A stretch of DNA of 64,000 bases from positions 113,772,001 to 113,836,000 of the forward strand of contig CM059431.1 of NCBI GenBank assembly GCA_030390025.1, read 5' to 3'. Positions 60,921 to 64,000 of the stretch are shown here, piece after piece. Under the pieces are notes generated by a model that searched no databases, was not told where the DNA came from, and worked only from the letters and a program-made list of their open reading frames with translations. Within the stretch, counting starts at the first letter, position 1; every line of letters starts with the position of its first letter. The translations under genes and the position numbers were made by a program. The stretch is from Squalus acanthias. Taxonomy: Eukaryota.

Positions 60921-62364
60921 AATATAAATGTTATAATTCTAGAGAGAATATAGCGCAGGGAAGAATTTCTACAGGCCAATCACCAAATTGTCTCGGATTT
61001 CTGTCACTGTGCAACTGAAACTTTGCCAGAAGTGCAAGTGGAGTTCCCATCGCTCTTTCGGCAAAGTTCTGGCAGTACAGCAGCAGAAAGTTGAAAGAAA
61101 TTCAGGGCCAATATCTCAATCCTACTGGTCTTATGTTTAAAGACAAAACTGATGTCTAATCGGACAATGCAGCATGCAACAAATGGCGGAACACCAAACT
61201 TTGAAGAACTCACTCCAAAGAGGTGATGCAACATTGTAGCCTTGATTCTCCAACTTGCGCTCCCCGAGATTGTGGCTCCATGTTGGGATGCGCAGGACTG
61301 TGTAATTACCCCTCATATCAGGAAGCTACGGATGAATTTGTTCAGGAGAGAGAATCTAGAGATTGTAGGAGAGCGAGACCTACTGGTTTATATATTAATC
61401 ATACATTATATGAAATGTTCAATGTGTCCACAAACTAATTGTGCACAAGTGCATAACAATGCATACAATGACAATACAATACCCAAATGGAGATGTATGT
61501 ATATGTACTCACAATGTGCTCTCTTCACAGAGCATGGCGATGTCAATAGACCGCCAGCCACACCCCCAAGCATCACCACACCACTCAAAACATGCACCAA
61601 CATTGATGCATACATGACAGGGAAGTAGATCTGATGTTAAAGAGGAAGCATAAAGTGAGACACCCAGCACTGCTAAGGAAGGGTTAGTGGCATTCCTATT
61701 TCATACGGGGCCAGCAGGTATGGGTCAGAGTCCCATCATGCGAAGTGGCTCGACTGAATTGTATGGAGTAAATACCTTAAGAAATCTTCTTTGAAATGGA
61801 GAATGACACAGCTATGGCAAAGTACTGAGCAATCATTACCTTTTTGCACACATTGGAAAGTAGGAAAACAGAAATTGCTACATGAAAAAGACCAGGGTTC
61901 ATCTAGTTCACCTTCTACCATCCTGATAGTCACATGATACAATGATAATGGAGTTGTTGACTAATCGTAGCAATCAATCTCTTATCAATTAGTCTACAAC
62001 AAACTTCGGCATGAGGTGAAGAAAACTCCCAATGGTAGAAAGCTTTGGAAACCTTGGCCTAGAAATTCAGGCGCGTAAGCATCCAATATGGCGGGCAGAA
62101 AGCACACGTCATATTGGATCGGGCATCTCCATAGGCATCCAAAACGCACACCAGAACTGTGCAAAATGCAACAATATCCTCAAATTAGCGTGCAGTGCTT
62201 GTTGAAAGATCCTTTTCTGATTTTGGGCAGCTCCAACACTTGACTCACCTCGTGCTAAACTCACCCATCAATGCAGGAAGGACCCCCCACCAGTGCTATT
62301 TAACATGATCATCCAGTACTTGCAGGTTAGTTGGTGGTTTGTCATTTCAGGCTGCTGGTTAACT

Positions 62365-62955
62365 TGTGGGAGCACTTCTCCGACATTAACTTTACTCAGG
62401 AGCAATGTATGAGGCATCTTCACTTCACCCAAGAGCCTTTCACTGAGCTATGTCACCCGCTGCAGCCACAACTCCAGCCTTGCACCAGTTCATCGACAGC
62501 ACTGCCTGTGGCTGTCAAAGTCACCGTGGCCCTTAACTTTTATGCCACAGGCTCCTTTCAGGCTGCAGCAGTTGTTATCAGCTACATATCATAGTTTGCA
62601 GTCCAGCACTGTATCAGGAATGTCACTGAGGCTCTCAACAGCTATATTACTTTCCCTATGGATAGAGTGAAGCATGACAAGAGAGCAGGCTTCCCCAGGG
62701 TGCAAGGTGCCATAGACTGCACCCACATTTCCTTGCCATCACCAGCCTGGCATCTTTATCAATCACAAGGGATTCCATTACCTCAAGCTACAACTGGTTT
62801 GCAAACACAGGCAGCACATCATGTGGGTCTGTGCCCATTTTCCTGGCAGTATTCATGACTCATTCATCATGTGCCAGTCCTCTGTGCCACCTTGATTCCA
62901 GCCAGGCTGTCACATTACAGGCTAGCTACTGGGAGACAAGGGCTATCCCATCCAG
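62365..62955 (+). pseudogene. Harbinger transposase remnant
   Basis: [47 protein letters not shown] with stops and frameshifts. Confidence 0.88.
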
Positions 62956-62959
62956 ACAT

Positions 62960-63692
62960 GGGCATTCTGACTCAGCTGGCTGTGTGGCACAAACAAGGGC
63001 ACTGTCGGAGTCTCTGGCGAGGGAGCAAGCATGCTGTCATCCTGACAGAGGACAGGACATGCCTCACCCATGGCGCCAAGGCCACTCACCTGGGGCTGTG
63101 CCTCAGCACTCCTGTGGCTCTGTGTGAGAACAGAGTGCAGGAGTAATGCAACGTTCTGGAAGCCCCTGTTAAAAGTGGCCCCCAGAGCCAAGATGGCAGC
63201 TGTGAGAGCTGTCAGGAGAGGTTCCATGAAGGTGGGCGCTACTGTCATATTGATAGAGCTGACCGGTCCATATTAGGCAGAATGGCCTCCATGCTTTGCA
63301 CACAGCTTTGACACAAGTTGGAGCTGGACTCGGCTATGCTCTGTGACATTGCGCACAAGCTCCCTGGCAGGCTGCCCAGTGCACCTGGGATATGTCCGTC
63401 AGCCTTCTTCAGTTGAATGGAACTTCGAAGTCAGCATTTTTGTCCTCTGCAACAGAGCTAATATGTGATCTCGCCCTACGGCGAGTTGGCATCTGTGGTG
63501 TCCAATCCCTCTGCCCTAGCTCCTGCACACTTGTGCCTGGTGAAGAACCATCCTCTAGCCTAGCCTCTAAAATCCGCATGATACCAGTATCTGAGCTGGT
63601 GCTTGCAAGGGTAAAATCGAGTAACGCTGACTCATTAGGAAGGCTGGCCTCCTCTTCCTGAAGTGGCAGATGTGTCTCCGCATCTTCAGCAC
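62960..63692 (-). pseudogene. Harbinger Myb-gene exon 3 remnant
   Basis: ASTSSDTG.MR.LEARLE.GS matches GTTSDTGTTRSLEASLVEGS at 654-336; acceptor tttcatttcag at 63693. Confidence 0.7.
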
Positions 63693-64000
63693 CTGAAATG
63701 AAAGAGAGGGACAAGGGTTAGCTTTCAGTGTGAAGGGAGAGCAGAGAGAGAAGTGAAAGCATCTGTAGTTTGTCATGCAGTGTGTGTAGATTGTGATAGA
63801 AGTAATAAGGGAAAAGGAGGATAATGTGTGAAGAAACCCTGCCTGATGTCTCCAACAGCATTGCCAGTTGCCACGATATTGACTGTACCCCTGCCGAGAT
63901 GCCCAATACACTTTATTCGAGGGGAAGAGAGTTGTGGCCGACCTTCTTCTACAAGAAAGAATGATGCGGAGATGCCGGCGTTGGACTGGGGTGGACAAAA

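Larger units (their letters stand above)
62056..64000 (+). mobile_element. Decayed two-gene Harbinger with central deletion, running off the window
   Basis: Left terminus ggcctagaaattc; transposase remnant (+) abuts Myb exon 3 (-) near 62955. Confidence 0.8.

Overview
Eukaryotic, repeat-dense DNA with no recognisable host-gene exon, so probably intronic or intergenic. The SINE/LINE repertoire (tRNA-headed DeuSINE-type SINEs, CR1, L2) suggests a cartilaginous fish, which is an inference. Main contents: (1) A near-complete two-gene PIF/Harbinger transposon (31913-36171) with 15-bp TIRs and a TCC target-site duplication (TSD). It encodes a DDE transposase and a convergent three-exon Myb/SANT-like gene, and it splits a CR1 RT fragment. 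(2) Two more coding Harbinger remnants, two 1.7-kb deletion derivatives and more than 10 GG(G)C-ended MITEs, often nested. (3) A 5'-truncated Penelope-like element (RT + GIY-YIG, 13-bp TSD) with one intact-core and one decayed minimal hammerhead ribozyme motif in its 3' region, plus solo copies of that terminal repeat. (4) A retroelement family whose tRNA-like SINE head runs into LINE endonuclease coding sequence, seen as a long copy, a SINE-length copy and RT fragments. (5) An L2 copy with an inverted 5' segment. Every TE ORF carries stops or frameshifts. Family names come from recognition by eye, not database searches.
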